In this document: in pieces, positions 46,004 to 56,016 of the stretch
How the letters are laid out: each line of letters opens with the position of its first letter
Position numbering within the stretch: the first letter of the stretch is position 1
Assembly (NCBI GenBank): GCA_017516045.1
Contig: JAFWDT010000007.1
Span: 47,954 to 111,953, forward strand
Direction: 5' to 3'
From: Erysipelotrichaceae bacterium
GTDB taxonomy: Bacteria > Bacillota_I > Bacilli_A > Erysipelotrichales > Erysipelotrichaceae
Length of the DNA stretch: 64,000 bases
The notes under the pieces: model-generated
The model's input: the letters and a program-made list of their open reading frames with translations, nothing else
What the model was told of the DNA's origin: nothing
The model's database searches: none
Translations under genes and position numbers: made by a program

Positions 46004-48400
46004 ATGAAAGTTACATATAACTGGTTAAAACAATACATGGATCTGTCTGATATCACTCCTGATCAGATAGCCGAAACACTTACCAAAGGCGGTCTTGAGG
46101 TTGAAGGAATGGAAAAGACAGCCAGCGCAACTAATCTGATTATCGGCAAGGTATTGGAATGTGTCGATCATCCTGACAGCGACCATCTGCATGTCTGTCA
46201 GGTCGATACAGGTGATTCGGTCAGACAGATCGTCTGCGGAGCACCAAATGTTGCCGCTGGTCAGAAGGTAATCGTTGCCTTACCTGGCTGCATTCTGCCA
46301 GGAGGAGAGATAAAGTCAGGTGTTATCCGCGGACAGAAGTCAGATGGAATGATCTGTGCTCTGTTTGAACTGGGCGTCGACAGAAAGCAGCTTACTGAAC
46401 GGCAGCTGTCAGGGATAGAAGTACTTCCGGAAGACGCTGTTGTAGGAAACAGGGAAGTCCTGAAGTATCTAAATCTTGACGATACCGTATTCGATGTCTC
46501 TCTGACCCCTAACAGAGCAGACTGTCTGTCAATGTGGGCATTGGCCAAGGAAGTCGGAGCCATGCTTAACAAAAAGGTTACTCTGCCTGATTACAGTTAC
46601 CAGGCTGAGACGATCCCGGCAACATTCAAACTTGAATCACAGACTGACAAGTGTCCGCTGTTCGAAGGGAAAATCATTAATCATGTTGTTATCAAACCAT
46701 CACCTAAATGGCTGCAGGATCTGCTGCACAGTGCCGGAGTAAAGGCAATCAACAATGTTGTCGATATTTCCAACTTTGTCATGCTGGAAACAGGTCAGCC
46801 TCTGCATTTCTATGACCTGGCCAAGATACCTCTGAGAGAGATAACAGTTAAGACCGGTCTTGAGGAAACTTACACGGCTCTGGATGGCATAGATTATGCG
46901 ATTAAGCCTGAAGACATCATGATCACTACCGGTGGCAAAGCCATCGGCATAGCCGGCGTCATGGGCGGCGATGACAGCAAGATCGATGATGACACTAAGG
47001 GCATCATTATCGAAGCTGCTACCTTCAACAGTGTTTCCATCAGAAATACTGCCAGAAGACTGGGCCTGGATACTGAAGCCAGCCAGCACTTTATTAAGGG
47101 TATAGATCCGTTAGGAGGCCATAAGGCTGTAGAAAGATCAGTTCAGCTGCTGATCGAACTGGCCGATGCTTCCGGCATTGAAGAGACGGTATTATGCGGC
47201 AGTAATGACTATGAAGGTACAGTCCTGAATGCATCCGTAAGAAAGATCAACGGCCTGCTGGCTACGGATTTCACTGAAGATCAGATTTATTCTGTATTTG
47301 AAAGACTTGATTTCAATCCTGAAAAGGTTGATGAAGATATCATCAGAACAGAGATTCCTTCATATCGCCGTGATATCAGCGTATGGCAGGATCTGGCAGA
47401 GGAAGTTGTCAGAATTCTGGGTTATGAAAACATCGGTTCAACACTGCCTCTGATTCCGACCGTACAGGGCGGTTTGTCAGAAAAGCAGAAGAATAAGAGA
47501 ACGATTCAGCGAATCCTGAACGGTCTGGGCATGAATGAAATAATCTGTTATTCACTTGTTTCAGCCGCTAAGATAAATGAAGGCATCCTGTCAGCCGGCG
47601 AACCGGTAGAAATCTCTAATGCCTTAAGTGATGAAAGAAGATATTTCCGTACTTCATTACTGCCAAGCATGCTGGAAACAGCCAGCTATAATGTTGCCAG
47701 AAGCAATACGGAATACGGGCTGTTTGAAATAGCAAATGTCTATAATAATAACAATGAGGAACAGCAGCATCTGTCTGTTGCCTTAAGTGCTCATAAGACC
47801 GTATCAAGATGGCAGAAACTGACTGATAACAATGACTTCTATACAATAAAGGGAATAGTCATAGCCATTCTTGATAAGCTCGGATATGCTGAGAAACGCC
47901 TGTCTTTCGTGCCTGAGAGCAGCTCTCAGAAAGTACTGCATCCAAATAAGAGTGCTGATGTTTATCTCGACAGAACTCTGATAGGAAAGATTGGCATCAT
48001 TCATCCGGCATGCCGGAAAAAATATGATCTTGATGAATGCGTATTAGGTGAAATCAACCTAGATGCTGTATATTCAATCAGAAATACCAAGATCAAATTC
48101 ACGCCTATCCCAAGATATCCGGCAGTCAGCTATGACCTGGCTATGATCGTTAATGAAGAGGTTACCGGCGAACAGATCATCAAGACTGTCAAGAAAGCGG
48201 GAAACAACTTGTTAAGAGACGTTACGATATTTGACATCTACCGTGGTGAGAATATCGGAGCAGGTAATAAGTCTGTTGCTGTAAGCGTGACATACCAGTC
48301 AGATGAAAAGACTCTTTCTGAGGATGATATCAGAGAAGTTCATCAGACCATCATCGGACGGCTGAAGAACAATCTGAAGGCTGTTCTCAGAGATAGCTAA
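46004..48400 (+). CDS. pheT: phenylalanine--tRNA ligase beta subunit
   Basis: Start at MKVTYNWLKQY (ATG 46004, AGGAGG SD). 798 aa with tRNA-binding, B3/4, B5 and FDX-ACB domains in order. Confidence 0.96.
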   Translation: MKVTYNWLKQYMDLSDITPDQIAETLTKGGLEVEGMEKTASATNLIIGKVLECVDHPDSDHLHVCQVDTGDSVRQIVCGAPNVAAGQKVIVALPGCILPGGEIKSGVIRGQKSDGMICALFELGVDRKQLTERQLSGIEVLPEDAVVGNREVLKYLNLDDTVFDVSLTPNRADCLSMWALAKEVGAMLNKKVTLPDYSYQAETIPATFKLESQTDKCPLFEGKIINHVVIKPSPKWLQDLLHSAGVKAINNVVDISNFVMLETGQPLHFYDLAKIPLREITVKTGLEETYTALDGIDYAIKPEDIMITTGGKAIGIAGVMGGDDSKIDDDTKGIIIEAATFNSVSIRNTARRLGLDTEASQHFIKGIDPLGGHKAVERSVQLLIELADASGIEETVLCGSNDYEGTVLNASVRKINGLLATDFTEDQIYSVFERLDFNPEKVDEDIIRTEIPSYRRDISVWQDLAEEVVRILGYENIGSTLPLIPTVQGGLSEKQKNKRTIQRILNGLGMNEIICYSLVSAAKINEGILSAGEPVEISNALSDERRYFRTSLLPSMLETASYNVARSNTEYGLFEIANVYNNNNEEQQHLSVALSAHKTVSRWQKLTDNNDFYTIKGIVIAILDKLGYAEKRLSFVPESSSQKVLHPNKSADVYLDRTLIGKIGIIHPACRKKYDLDECVLGEINLDAVYSIRNTKIKFTPIPRYPAVSYDLAMIVNEEVTGEQIIKTVKKAGNNLLRDVTIFDIYRGENIGAGNKSVAVSVTYQSDEKTLSEDDIREVHQTIIGRLKNNLKAVLRDS

Positions 48401-48404
48401 GATA

Positions 48405-48433
48405 TTGAATAACTGACACGTTTCGTGTAAAAT
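48405..48433 (+). promoter_or_regulatory. promoter of the YebC-family gene
   Basis: TTGAAT, 17-nt spacer, TAAAAT. Confidence 0.5.
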
Positions 48434-48467
48434 ATTTAAGGTCATTTATATAGAAGGAGGAGTTAAT

Positions 48468-49184
48468 ATGGGACGTGCACATGAAGTGCGTGCTGCATCA
48501 ATGGCTAAGACTGCCGCAGCAAAAACAAAAGTTTATTCACGTTATGGCAAGGAAATCTACATGGCTGCCAAAGGTGGTGTTCCTGACCCTTCCATGAATG
48601 TGACATTAAAGAGAGTTATTGAAAAAGCAAAAGCTGCTCAGGTTCCGGCTGATGTTATCAAGAGAAACATCGAAAAGGCCAAAGGCGGTTCAACTGAAGC
48701 CTACATTGATAACAGATATGAGGGTTTCGGGCCAAGCGGAGCTACAATCATTATTGATACTCTGTCAGACAACTCAAATCGTTCTCTGGCTGAAATCAGA
48801 AGTGCTTTCAACAAATCACACTGTAACCTGGGACAGGGTGGCAGCGTATCATATAACTATGATAACTGCGGTGTACTGTCATTTGAGGGTACGGAAGATG
48901 AAACTCTTGATATTCTGCTGATGGCAGAAGTTGATGTTAAGGACATTGAGGCTGAAGATAATAACGTAACGGTATATGTTGATCCTAAGGATCTGTATGC
49001 TGCCAAGGATGCTCTGGAAGCTGCCAAAGGCGAGATGCAGTTTGATGTTCTCGAAATCAGCATGCTGCCTAATGATTATGTAACACTGGAAGGCGACGAT
49101 AAGATGCTGTTCCAGAGACTGCTGTCATTGCTTGATGAATGTGACGATGTTCAGCATGTCTACCATAATGTTGAAGGAATGTAA
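48468..49184 (+). CDS. YebC/PmpR family DNA-binding transcriptional regulator
   Basis: 238 aa beginning MGRAHEVRAASMAKTAAAKTKVYSRYGKEI, the family-typical N-terminus. Confidence 0.92.
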   Translation: MGRAHEVRAASMAKTAAAKTKVYSRYGKEIYMAAKGGVPDPSMNVTLKRVIEKAKAAQVPADVIKRNIEKAKGGSTEAYIDNRYEGFGPSGATIIIDTLSDNSNRSLAEIRSAFNKSHCNLGQGGSVSYNYDNCGVLSFEGTEDETLDILLMAEVDVKDIEAEDNNVTVYVDPKDLYAAKDALEAAKGEMQFDVLEISMLPNDYVTLEGDDKMLFQRLLSLLDECDDVQHVYHNVEGM

Positions 49185-49193
49185 TTGAAAGTT

Positions 49194-49223
49194 AGCTGTA
49201 TACGCATGTATGCAGCTTTTCTT
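49194..49223 (+). terminator. intrinsic terminator after the yebC-family gene
   Basis: AGCTGTATAC-gcat-GTATGCAGCT (one G-U pair) followed by TTTTCTT. Confidence 0.7.
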
Positions 49224-49244
49224 AAGCAAGATTATCAGACGATA

Positions 49245-49273
49245 TTGAACTGTAAACTGAGAACTCTTATAAT
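49245..49273 (+). promoter_or_regulatory. consensus-like promoter of rnpB
   Basis: TTGAAC, 17-nt spacer, TATAAT. Confidence 0.6.
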
Positions 49274-49299
49274 ATCCGTGTGACTGAAAAGTCAGAAAC

Positions 49300-49648
49300 A
49301 ACATAAACCGGTTGGGCAATCGCTGCAGATATCTCTGTAGAGGAAAGTCCATGCTCACACTGCCTGAGATGGCAGTAGTGTTTGTGCTGAATGAATAAAT
49401 AAGTTCAGGCTTAGACGGCGATGACAACTCCTAAGGGAAACTATGGACGAGACATCCTAAGGTGCCACAGTGACGTAGCTTGCCGGGAAACCGGTGAGGT
49501 GGAACGAGGTAAACCCCACAAGTGAGAAACCCAAATTTGGTAGGGGAACCCAAAGCCTCGAAATGAAGAGGTCAGGGACACGAAAGTGTAGATAAATGGT
49601 TGCCACTGGTAACAGGACAGAACATGGCTTACATGCCGGTTTATTGAC
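49300..49648 (+). ncRNA. rnpB: RNase P RNA, bacterial type B
   Basis: P4 strands GAGGAAAGTCCATGCTC and ACAGAACATGGCTTA, plus conserved GTGCCACAGTGACG, GGTAAACCCC and GAGAAACCCAAATTTGGTAGGGGAAC. P1 pairing ATAAACCGG (49303-49311) with CCGGTTTAT (49636-49644). Ends are good to about +/-5 nt. Confidence 0.93.
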
Positions 49649-49672
49649 AAGTGCCTTTCCGGCACTTTTTAT
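49649..49672 (+). terminator. intrinsic terminator after rnpB
   Basis: AGTGCC-tttcc-GGCACT followed by TTTTAT. Confidence 0.7.
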
Positions 49673-49677
49673 GTTGC

Positions 49678-49706
49678 TTGAAAATATTTCTAGTATGTGC
49701 TAAAAT
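49678..49706 (+). promoter_or_regulatory. candidate promoter for pgsA-cinA-recA
   Basis: TTGAAA, 17-nt spacer, TAAAAT. A second extended -10, TGtTATAAT, lies at 49735-49743. Confidence 0.45.
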
Positions 49707-49759
49707 GATTTAGGTTCGAAGAAAATGTGATATATGTTATAATAAGTCGAGGTGATTTT

Positions 49760-50353
49760 ATGACTTTACCAAATAAAATATCAATTTTCAGATTATTCCT
49801 TATCCCGGTGATCGTAGCCATATGGGTGTTCCCATTTGCTCAGTTTGGAATCGATTTACCGGTATATCATATCGGCAATGTTTCAATCAGTCTGAAGAAT
49901 ATCATAGTAATGGCTCTGTTTGCCATCGGATCTATCTCTGATTTTCTTGATGGATATCTGGCACGTAAGAACAACCAGGTCACTACTTTCGGTAAGTTCA
50001 TTGACCCAATCGCCGACAAGTGTCTGACTACGACTTTGTTCATTCTTCTGGCCAGTTCACAGATCATTCCTGCCATTCCGGTAATCGTAATGGTCTGGAG
50101 AGATACGATCGTTGACGGAACCAGAATGATGGCTGCCGGAAAGGGAACAGTCATGGCTGCCGGTATTCTCGGCAAGATCAAAACCGCTTCACAGATGTTC
50201 TGCATCATCTTTACTTTATTGAACAACTATCCGTTTGAAGCAATAGGACTGCCTGTTTCCAGCATCCTGCTATGGTTCTCAATGATCATCAGCGTCCTTG
50301 GCGGAATAGATTACTATAACCGGGCCAAGGCGTACATATGGGAAACGAAGTAA
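49760..50353 (+). CDS. pgsA: CDP-diacylglycerol--glycerol-3-phosphate 3-phosphatidyltransferase
   Basis: Start at MTLPNKISIFR (ATG 49760, GAGGTGA SD). CDP-alcohol phosphotransferase motif DFLDGYLARK...G...DPIADK. Confidence 0.93.
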   Translation: MTLPNKISIFRLFLIPVIVAIWVFPFAQFGIDLPVYHIGNVSISLKNIIVMALFAIGSISDFLDGYLARKNNQVTTFGKFIDPIADKCLTTTLFILLASSQIIPAIPVIVMVWRDTIVDGTRMMAAGKGTVMAAGILGKIKTASQMFCIIFTLLNNYPFEAIGLPVSSILLWFSMIISVLGGIDYYNRAKAYIWETK

Positions 50354-50805
50354 CAAAACAGCTGGTAGACCGGCTGTTGGAAAAGCATTATACGATTGCC
50401 AGTTGTGAAAGCCTTACAGGAGGTCTGTTTGCTTCAACCCTGGCAGAAATTCCAGGTGTATCAGGAACCCTGAAAGGCGGTGTCGTTACATACTGGACTG
50501 AGATAAAGGAAAAGGTTGCCGGTGTCTCAGCAGAAACAATTGCGAATCACGGAGTGGTAAGCACCGAAACTGCCAATGAAATGGCAGCCGGAATCATGAA
50601 GCTGTTTGCAACGGATGTAGCAGTATCGTTTACCGGGAATGCCGGACCGGATGTCATGGAAGGCAAACCGGCAGGATTGGTATATACCTGCATAATTATT
50701 AAGGACAGAGTATATGAATTCTGTGATCAGATCGATCTGCCGCGCAACGAGCTTCGTCAGCAGATCGTTAATACGACGATAAAAAGAATAAAGGAAAATC
50801 TTTGA
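50338..50805 (+). CDS. cinA: CinA-family nicotinamide-nucleotide amidohydrolase domain protein (PncC-like, C-terminal domain only)
   Basis: 155 aa with SCESLTGGLFAS...GGVVTY motifs, upstream of recA as in Bacillus and streptococci. Lacks the MoCF-like N-domain. Confidence 0.88.
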   Translation: MGNEVTKQLVDRLLEKHYTIASCESLTGGLFASTLAEIPGVSGTLKGGVVTYWTEIKEKVAGVSAETIANHGVVSTETANEMAAGIMKLFATDVAVSFTGNAGPDVMEGKPAGLVYTCIIIKDRVYEFCDQIDLPRNELRQQIVNTTIKRIKENL

Positions 50806-50841
50806 TACATAAATAATCAGTATTGATAGGAGGAGATTCTT

Positions 50842-51849
50842 ATGGCAGACAAGAAACAGAATCGGACATTGGAAGAGACTGTCAAGGAAATTAAGAAAGC
50901 ATTAGGCGAAGATGCCATAATGTGGGGAAATGAAACAGTAAATGTTGATGTGGATGCAATTTCATCCGGATCGCTGCTGGTTGACAAAGCCCTGGGAATT
51001 GGCGGTTATCCACGTGGACGTATTATAGAAATATACGGACCTGAATCATCAGGTAAAACGACACTGGCTCTGCATGCCATTGCGGAAGTTCAGAAAACCG
51101 GCGGTAAAGCCGCATTCATAGATGTGGAAAATGCCATTGATCCTGTATATGCCAAGAATCTTGGCGTAAATATTGATGATCTGCTGCTGTCACAGCCTGA
51201 CAGCGGTGAACAGGCTCTGGAAATCACTTCCATGCTGGTAAGAAGCGGAGCCATAGATCTGATTATCGTTGACTCAGTTGCCGCACTGGTACCACAGGCA
51301 GAGCTTGATGGAACAATGAGTGATAACTCAATTGGTCTGCAGGCCCGCTTAATGTCAAAGGCTTTGAGAAATCTGGCCAGAGAGATGAATAAGAACAAAT
51401 GTACTGTCATCTTTATTAACCAGCTGAGAGAGAAAATCGGCATCATGTTTGGTAACCCGGAGACAACCACTGGTGGCCGTTCCTTAAGGTTCTATGCCTC
51501 AGTAAGAATTGAAATCAGAAAAGGCGAAGCAATTAAGCAGGGAACGGAAATCGTCGGTAACAAGACAAATGTCAAAATTGCCAAAAACAAGGTTGCTCCA
51601 CCATTCAAAACGGCACAGATCGAGATCAGATACGGTGAAGGCATATCACGTCTGGCAGAAATCATTGATCTTGGCGTAGAATACGATCTGCTGGAAAAGA
51701 GCGGAACCTGGTTCTCATATAAGGGTGAAAAGATCGGTCAGGGTAAGGAAAATGCCCGTATCTATCTTAAGGAACATCCTGAAGTAGCTGAAGAACTTGA
51801 AAAGCAGATCCGCGATATTCTGGTCAGCAAACCTGAAGAAAAAGAATAA
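50842..51849 (+). CDS. recA: recombinase RecA
   Basis: 335 aa with GPESSGKTT and canonical L1/L2 regions. Confidence 0.98.
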   Translation: MADKKQNRTLEETVKEIKKALGEDAIMWGNETVNVDVDAISSGSLLVDKALGIGGYPRGRIIEIYGPESSGKTTLALHAIAEVQKTGGKAAFIDVENAIDPVYAKNLGVNIDDLLLSQPDSGEQALEITSMLVRSGAIDLIIVDSVAALVPQAELDGTMSDNSIGLQARLMSKALRNLAREMNKNKCTVIFINQLREKIGIMFGNPETTTGGRSLRFYASVRIEIRKGEAIKQGTEIVGNKTNVKIAKNKVAPPFKTAQIEIRYGEGISRLAEIIDLGVEYDLLEKSGTWFSYKGEKIGQGKENARIYLKEHPEVAEELEKQIRDILVSKPEEKE

Positions 51850-51861
51850 TACAATACAAAT

Positions 51862-51892
51862 AAGACAGTTCAGATTGAACTGTCTTTTATTG
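51862..51892 (+). terminator. intrinsic terminator after recA
   Basis: AGACAGTTCA-gat-TGAACTGTCT followed by TTTTATT. Confidence 0.8.
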
Positions 51893-51911
51893 TTATATTA
51901 TGTGAATTTTC

Positions 51912-51940
51912 TTGGTAATGTTTCTGATTTATGATAAAAT
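51912..51940 (+). promoter_or_regulatory. promoter of rny
   Basis: TTGGTA, 17-nt spacer, TGaTAAAAT. Confidence 0.45.
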
Positions 51941-51974
51941 GTTTACGTTATATAGAAAGTATGAGGGTTTTAAT

Positions 51975-53531
51975 ATGGATAAAAGTATCATAAACCTCAT
52001 CTTGTATATTTCTGTTGGCGTAGTTTTAGGTGTTATCGGAATGATGATAATATCTAAGATGGGTTTGAACAAAAATCAACAAAAAGCAGATTTAATTATA
52101 AAGGAAGCAAACATCGAAGCAGAGAATGTCAAAAGACAAGCTGTTTTGGATGGTAAGAATGCTGCTTATGAATTAAAGTTACAGGCTGAAAAAGAGATTA
52201 AGAAACAGCGTCAAGAAGTCACTGAGCTTGAGAATAAACTCATCAGAAGAGATGATTCCCTGAACTTCCGTGAGGAAAAGTTACAGAATAAGGAAAAATC
52301 TCTGGATGACCGTCTCGAGCGGGTCAAGAATAAGACTGCAGAATTAGACAAGATGAGAAATGACTTGCAGAAGAAGATAGATGTTCAGATCGTTGAGCTT
52401 GAAAGAGTTGCCAATCTTACTGCCAACGATGCGAAAGCAGAGTTATTCAGTATTGTCGAACAGCAGACAGCTAATGAAATGGCTGCCTACATGAAGGAAA
52501 AAGAAGAAGAAACCAAGGCTAATGCTGCAGATGTTGCCAAGAACATCATAGGCTTAGCCATCCAGAGATACGCTCAGGAAGAGACCATCGAAAGAACCGT
52601 ATCAGTTGTAGGTCTGCCTTCAGAAGAAATGAAAGGCCGTATCATCGGCAGAGAAGGTCGTAATATCAGAGCAATTGAACAGGCAACAGGCGTTGACCTG
52701 ATCATTGATGATACCCCTGAAACAATTACCATTTCATGTTTTGATCCTGTCAGACGTGAAATTGCCAGACAGACTCTGGAACATCTCATCAAGGATGGAC
52801 GTATCCAGCCTGGCCGTATTGAAGAAGTAGTTGCCAAGAAGACTGCCGAACTTAATGATCTCATCATGAAGACCGGTGAAGAAGCTGTATTTGAACTGGG
52901 CTTGGGCAAGATGGACAGAGAACTAATCCGTCTGGTCGGTCGCTTAAGATATCGTTACAGTTATGGTCAGAATGTTCTTGAACACAGTAAGGAAGTTGCC
53001 AGACTGGCTGGCATGATGGCTGCAGAACTGCATCTGAATCAGAATATTGCCAAGCGTGCCGGACTGTTACATGATATCGGCAAAGCTATTGATACCGAGC
53101 AGGAAGGTTCACATGTTGAACTGGGTGTCAAGGTAGCAAAAAAACATGGTGAAAATGATATCGTAGTTAACTCCATTGCCTCACATCACGGTGATGTTGA
53201 AGCCAAGAGTGTTATCGCAAACCTGGTAGCTGCTGCTGACGCATTAAGCGCAGCCAGACCGGGAGCAAGATATGAATCTCTGGAAAACTATGTTAACAGA
53301 CTGGAAGAGCTCGAAAAGATCGCCAACAATTTTGAAGGCGTTGAAAAGAGTTACGCTATTCAGGCCGGACGTGAGATCAGAGTCATGGTATTGCCTGATC
53401 AGATCGATGACGTCAACTGTTACAGAATAGCCAAGGAGATCAAGAATAAGATCGAAGACGAACTGACATATCCTGGACAGATAAAGGTTACGGTAATCAG
53501 AGAAACAAGAGCCAGTGAAATCGCCAAGTAG
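51975..53531 (+). CDS. rny: ribonuclease Y
   Basis: Start at [15 protein letters not shown] (N-terminal TM). Coiled coil, KH domain ([12 protein letters not shown]) and HD domain ([14 protein letters not shown]). Confidence 0.96.
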   Translation: MDKSIINLILYISVGVVLGVIGMMIISKMGLNKNQQKADLIIKEANIEAENVKRQAVLDGKNAAYELKLQAEKEIKKQRQEVTELENKLIRRDDSLNFREEKLQNKEKSLDDRLERVKNKTAELDKMRNDLQKKIDVQIVELERVANLTANDAKAELFSIVEQQTANEMAAYMKEKEEETKANAADVAKNIIGLAIQRYAQEETIERTVSVVGLPSEEMKGRIIGREGRNIRAIEQATGVDLIIDDTPETITISCFDPVRREIARQTLEHLIKDGRIQPGRIEEVVAKKTAELNDLIMKTGEEAVFELGLGKMDRELIRLVGRLRYRYSYGQNVLEHSKEVARLAGMMAAELHLNQNIAKRAGLLHDIGKAIDTEQEGSHVELGVKVAKKHGENDIVVNSIASHHGDVEAKSVIANLVAAADALSAARPGARYESLENYVNRLEELEKIANNFEGVEKSYAIQAGREIRVMVLPDQIDDVNCYRIAKEIKNKIEDELTYPGQIKVTVIRETRASEIAK

Positions 53532-53532
53532 T

Positions 53533-54303
53533 ATGAGAGTATTATTCATAGGAGATATTGTTGGAAAATCAGGAAGAAATGCTTTAACAGAGCATCTTCC
53601 TTTTTTGAAAGAAAAATACGGATATGATCTTCTCATTCTGAATGGGGAAAACGCTGCCCATGGAAAAGGCATTACCAGCAAGATATACAACAGCTTTGTG
53701 GAACTTGGAGCTGACTGTGTTACCCTGGGAAATCACGCCTTTGCCAAGGATAACATCTATACTTTTATAGACAGAGCAGACAGGTTGATAAGGCCATATA
53801 ACATGAGTCCAATGAACGTGGGGCGCAGTGTTAAGATCCTCAAGCATGAAGGAAAGAAAATAGGTGTATTCAACATCTATGGCAATGCCTTCATGGAGAA
53901 TTACACCCTGACTCCTTTTGAATCAATGGATCTGCTGATGCAGGAAAACCCATGTGATATCAGGGTCGTTGATTTCCACGGAGAGACAACAGGTGAAAAA
54001 TATGCCTTTCTGCATGGCTATTACGACAAGGCTTCACTGATCGTGGGAACTCATACTCATGTTCAGACTGCTGATGAGCAGATTTATAATGGATGCCGGT
54101 TCATATGCGATGTCGGAATGACTGGAGCATATGATTCAGTATTGGGACGTGACAGCGAGGAAGTTGTCGAAACCAATCGAACCGGAATCAGGACAAGATA
54201 TCAGGTTTCCCGGAATCCGGGCATGTTATCAGCCGTATGGGTCGACATAGATCTGGAAACAGGAAGGGCTGTCGGTATAGAACGTATTCAATTATTACCG
54301 TAA
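53533..54303 (+). CDS. ymdB: YmdB-family metallophosphoesterase (2',3'-cyclic-nucleotide phosphodiesterase)
   Basis: MRVLFIGDIVGKSGR, GENAAHGKG and GTHTHVQTAD. Conserved rny-ymdB pair. Confidence 0.93.
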   Translation: MRVLFIGDIVGKSGRNALTEHLPFLKEKYGYDLLILNGENAAHGKGITSKIYNSFVELGADCVTLGNHAFAKDNIYTFIDRADRLIRPYNMSPMNVGRSVKILKHEGKKIGVFNIYGNAFMENYTLTPFESMDLLMQENPCDIRVVDFHGETTGEKYAFLHGYYDKASLIVGTHTHVQTADEQIYNGCRFICDVGMTGAYDSVLGRDSEEVVETNRTGIRTRYQVSRNPGMLSAVWVDIDLETGRAVGIERIQLLP

Positions 54304-54305
54304 TG

Positions 54306-54333
54306 TTGAAAAACGGACATTATGTGTTATAAT
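54306..54333 (+). promoter_or_regulatory. promoter of the small ferredoxin gene
   Basis: TTGAAA, 16-nt spacer, TGtTATAAT extended -10. Confidence 0.5.
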
Positions 54334-54360
54334 ATTTAAAAAAGAAAGAAGGAGTGTAAA

Positions 54361-54540
54361 ATGCCAGTAGAAGTTAACAAGGAAATGTGCATAGGCTGTG
54401 GAGCTTGCGTAGGTGTATGTCCAGTTGGTGCCTTACAGCTTGATGAAGAAGGAAAAGCTGAAAGCGATGTAGATGTATGTATCGACTGTGGTGGATGCAT
54501 CGACACTTGCCCAATGGGAGCTATAAGCGCTAAAGAATAA
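54361..54540 (+). CDS. 2x[4Fe-4S] ferredoxin (59 aa)
   Basis: Below the ORF-track cutoff. Translation is MPVEVNKEMCIGCGACVGVCPVGALQLDEEGKAESDVDVCIDCGGCIDTCPMGAISAKE, with two CxxCxxCxxxCP motifs. GAAGGAG SD. Confidence 0.88.
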   Translation: MPVEVNKEMCIGCGACVGVCPVGALQLDEEGKAESDVDVCIDCGGCIDTCPMGAISAKE

Positions 54541-54566
54541 CCAAGCTTCACCGCTTGGTTTTTTAT
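54539..54566 (+). terminator. intrinsic terminator after the ferredoxin gene
   Basis: AACCAAGC-ttcacc-GCTTGGTT followed by TTTTTAT. Confidence 0.8.
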
Positions 54567-54577
54567 GGATTTTGTAT

Positions 54578-56005
54578 ATGAATGATTACAGACTCCCCGA
54601 TTTGAAACAGGCCCGCAGAAGAGGGCCTTATCAGGCACCTATCATAAGAGATGCACTTAAACTTAATGAAACACAAAAGTCCCTGGGAAGAGACTTGTTT
54701 TATCATGTGATAACCTATGGCTGTCAGGCTAATGTCAGAGATGGTGAAGTCATCTCCGGCATCCTTGAAGAAATGGGATATGCACATACTGAATTGTTGG
54801 AAAAAGCTGACATTATTATTCTTAATACATGTGCCATCAGAGACAATGCTGAAAAGAGAGTTCTGGGAGAAATTGGGTTTCTTCAGAACTATAAGAGGCA
54901 GAACCCTTCGCTCATCATAGGTTTGTGCGGCTGCATGGCTCAGGAAGAAGAAGTGGTTAACAAGGTTCTTAAGAGCTATAAAAATGTTGACCTGATCTTC
55001 GGAACTCATAATTTATATGAACTGCCGCAGATGCTTGAAAAGATCGTTGTCGGTAAGCAGAAAGCGGTAAGCGTTTATTCACATCAGGGCAGCATCTTTG
55101 AAGGACTGCCTTCACACAGAAGTCTGCAGTATAAGGCTTCAGTTATGATCATGGATGGCTGTGATAAATTCTGTACATACTGCATAGTGCCGTATACCAG
55201 AGGACAGCAGAGATCCAGACTGGCTGAAGATATCATTGCTGAAGTACAGCAGCTTTGCCAGGACGGATACAAGGAAGTCACACTGCTGGGCCAGAACGTT
55301 AATGCCTATGGCAAGGATCTGCCGGAAAACGGTGATTTTGCCTATCTGCTGAAAAAAGTAGCTGAAACCGGAATAGAGAGGATCAGATTTACCACCTCAC
55401 ATCCATGGGATTTCACCAATGAGATGCTGCAGGCCATAGCTGATTATGACAATATCATGCCTTATGTTCATCTGCCGTTACAATCAGGCAATGATGAAAT
55501 ATTAAAGCGCATGGGAAGAAGATATACATCAGAGGAATACAGAAATCTGTTTGACAGACTTAAGAATACGGTAAAGGATGTTTCCATTTCAACGGACATC
55601 ATCGTAGGTTTCCCTGGTGAAACAGAAGAGCAGTTCCAGGATACGCTAAAGATGGTTGAATACTGCAAGTACGACAATGCCTATTCATTCATCTTCTCTC
55701 CTAGACCGGGAACACCAGCCGCCAGGATGGAAGATAATGTTTCAATGGAAGAAAAGAAACAGCGTCTGGCCAGACTGAATGAGAGACTTGATTATTATTC
55801 CAAGTCAAATAATGAGAAATGGGTAGGCAAGACCGTCAAGGTTCTCGTTGACGGACCAAGCAAGACAAATCCTGAAATATATTCAGGCTATACGCCACAG
55901 CAGAAGCTGGTCAACTTTACTCTTAAAGAGGGTAAGGTTGGTGATATAATAGATGTATTGATTACGGAAGCTAAGAAAAATTCATTGAACGGAATACAGG
56001 AATAG
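54578..56005 (+). CDS. miaB: tRNA-i6A37 methylthiotransferase MiaB
   Basis: TYGCQANVRDGE (UPF0004 domain), radical-SAM CDKFCTYCIVP and a TRAM domain. Start at ATG 54578 (the track's TTG at 54572 is also possible). Confidence 0.94.
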   Translation: MNDYRLPDLKQARRRGPYQAPIIRDALKLNETQKSLGRDLFYHVITYGCQANVRDGEVISGILEEMGYAHTELLEKADIIILNTCAIRDNAEKRVLGEIGFLQNYKRQNPSLIIGLCGCMAQEEEVVNKVLKSYKNVDLIFGTHNLYELPQMLEKIVVGKQKAVSVYSHQGSIFEGLPSHRSLQYKASVMIMDGCDKFCTYCIVPYTRGQQRSRLAEDIIAEVQQLCQDGYKEVTLLGQNVNAYGKDLPENGDFAYLLKKVAETGIERIRFTTSHPWDFTNEMLQAIADYDNIMPYVHLPLQSGNDEILKRMGRRYTSEEYRNLFDRLKNTVKDVSISTDIIVGFPGETEEQFQDTLKMVEYCKYDNAYSFIFSPRPGTPAARMEDNVSMEEKKQRLARLNERLDYYSKSNNEKWVGKTVKVLVDGPSKTNPEIYSGYTPQQKLVNFTLKEGKVGDIIDVLITEAKKNSLNGIQE

Positions 56006-56016
56006 ATGGGGGTATT

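Noticed and set aside
49125-49665. Minus-strand ORFs at 49125-49427 and 49441-49665.
   Set aside because: They overlap the RNase P RNA gene and its promoter. The region is explained by rnpB.
49708-49722. GGTTCGAA string reminiscent of a tRNA T-arm.
   Set aside because: There is no acceptor stem, D-arm or anticodon arm around it. It lies in the pgsA promoter region.
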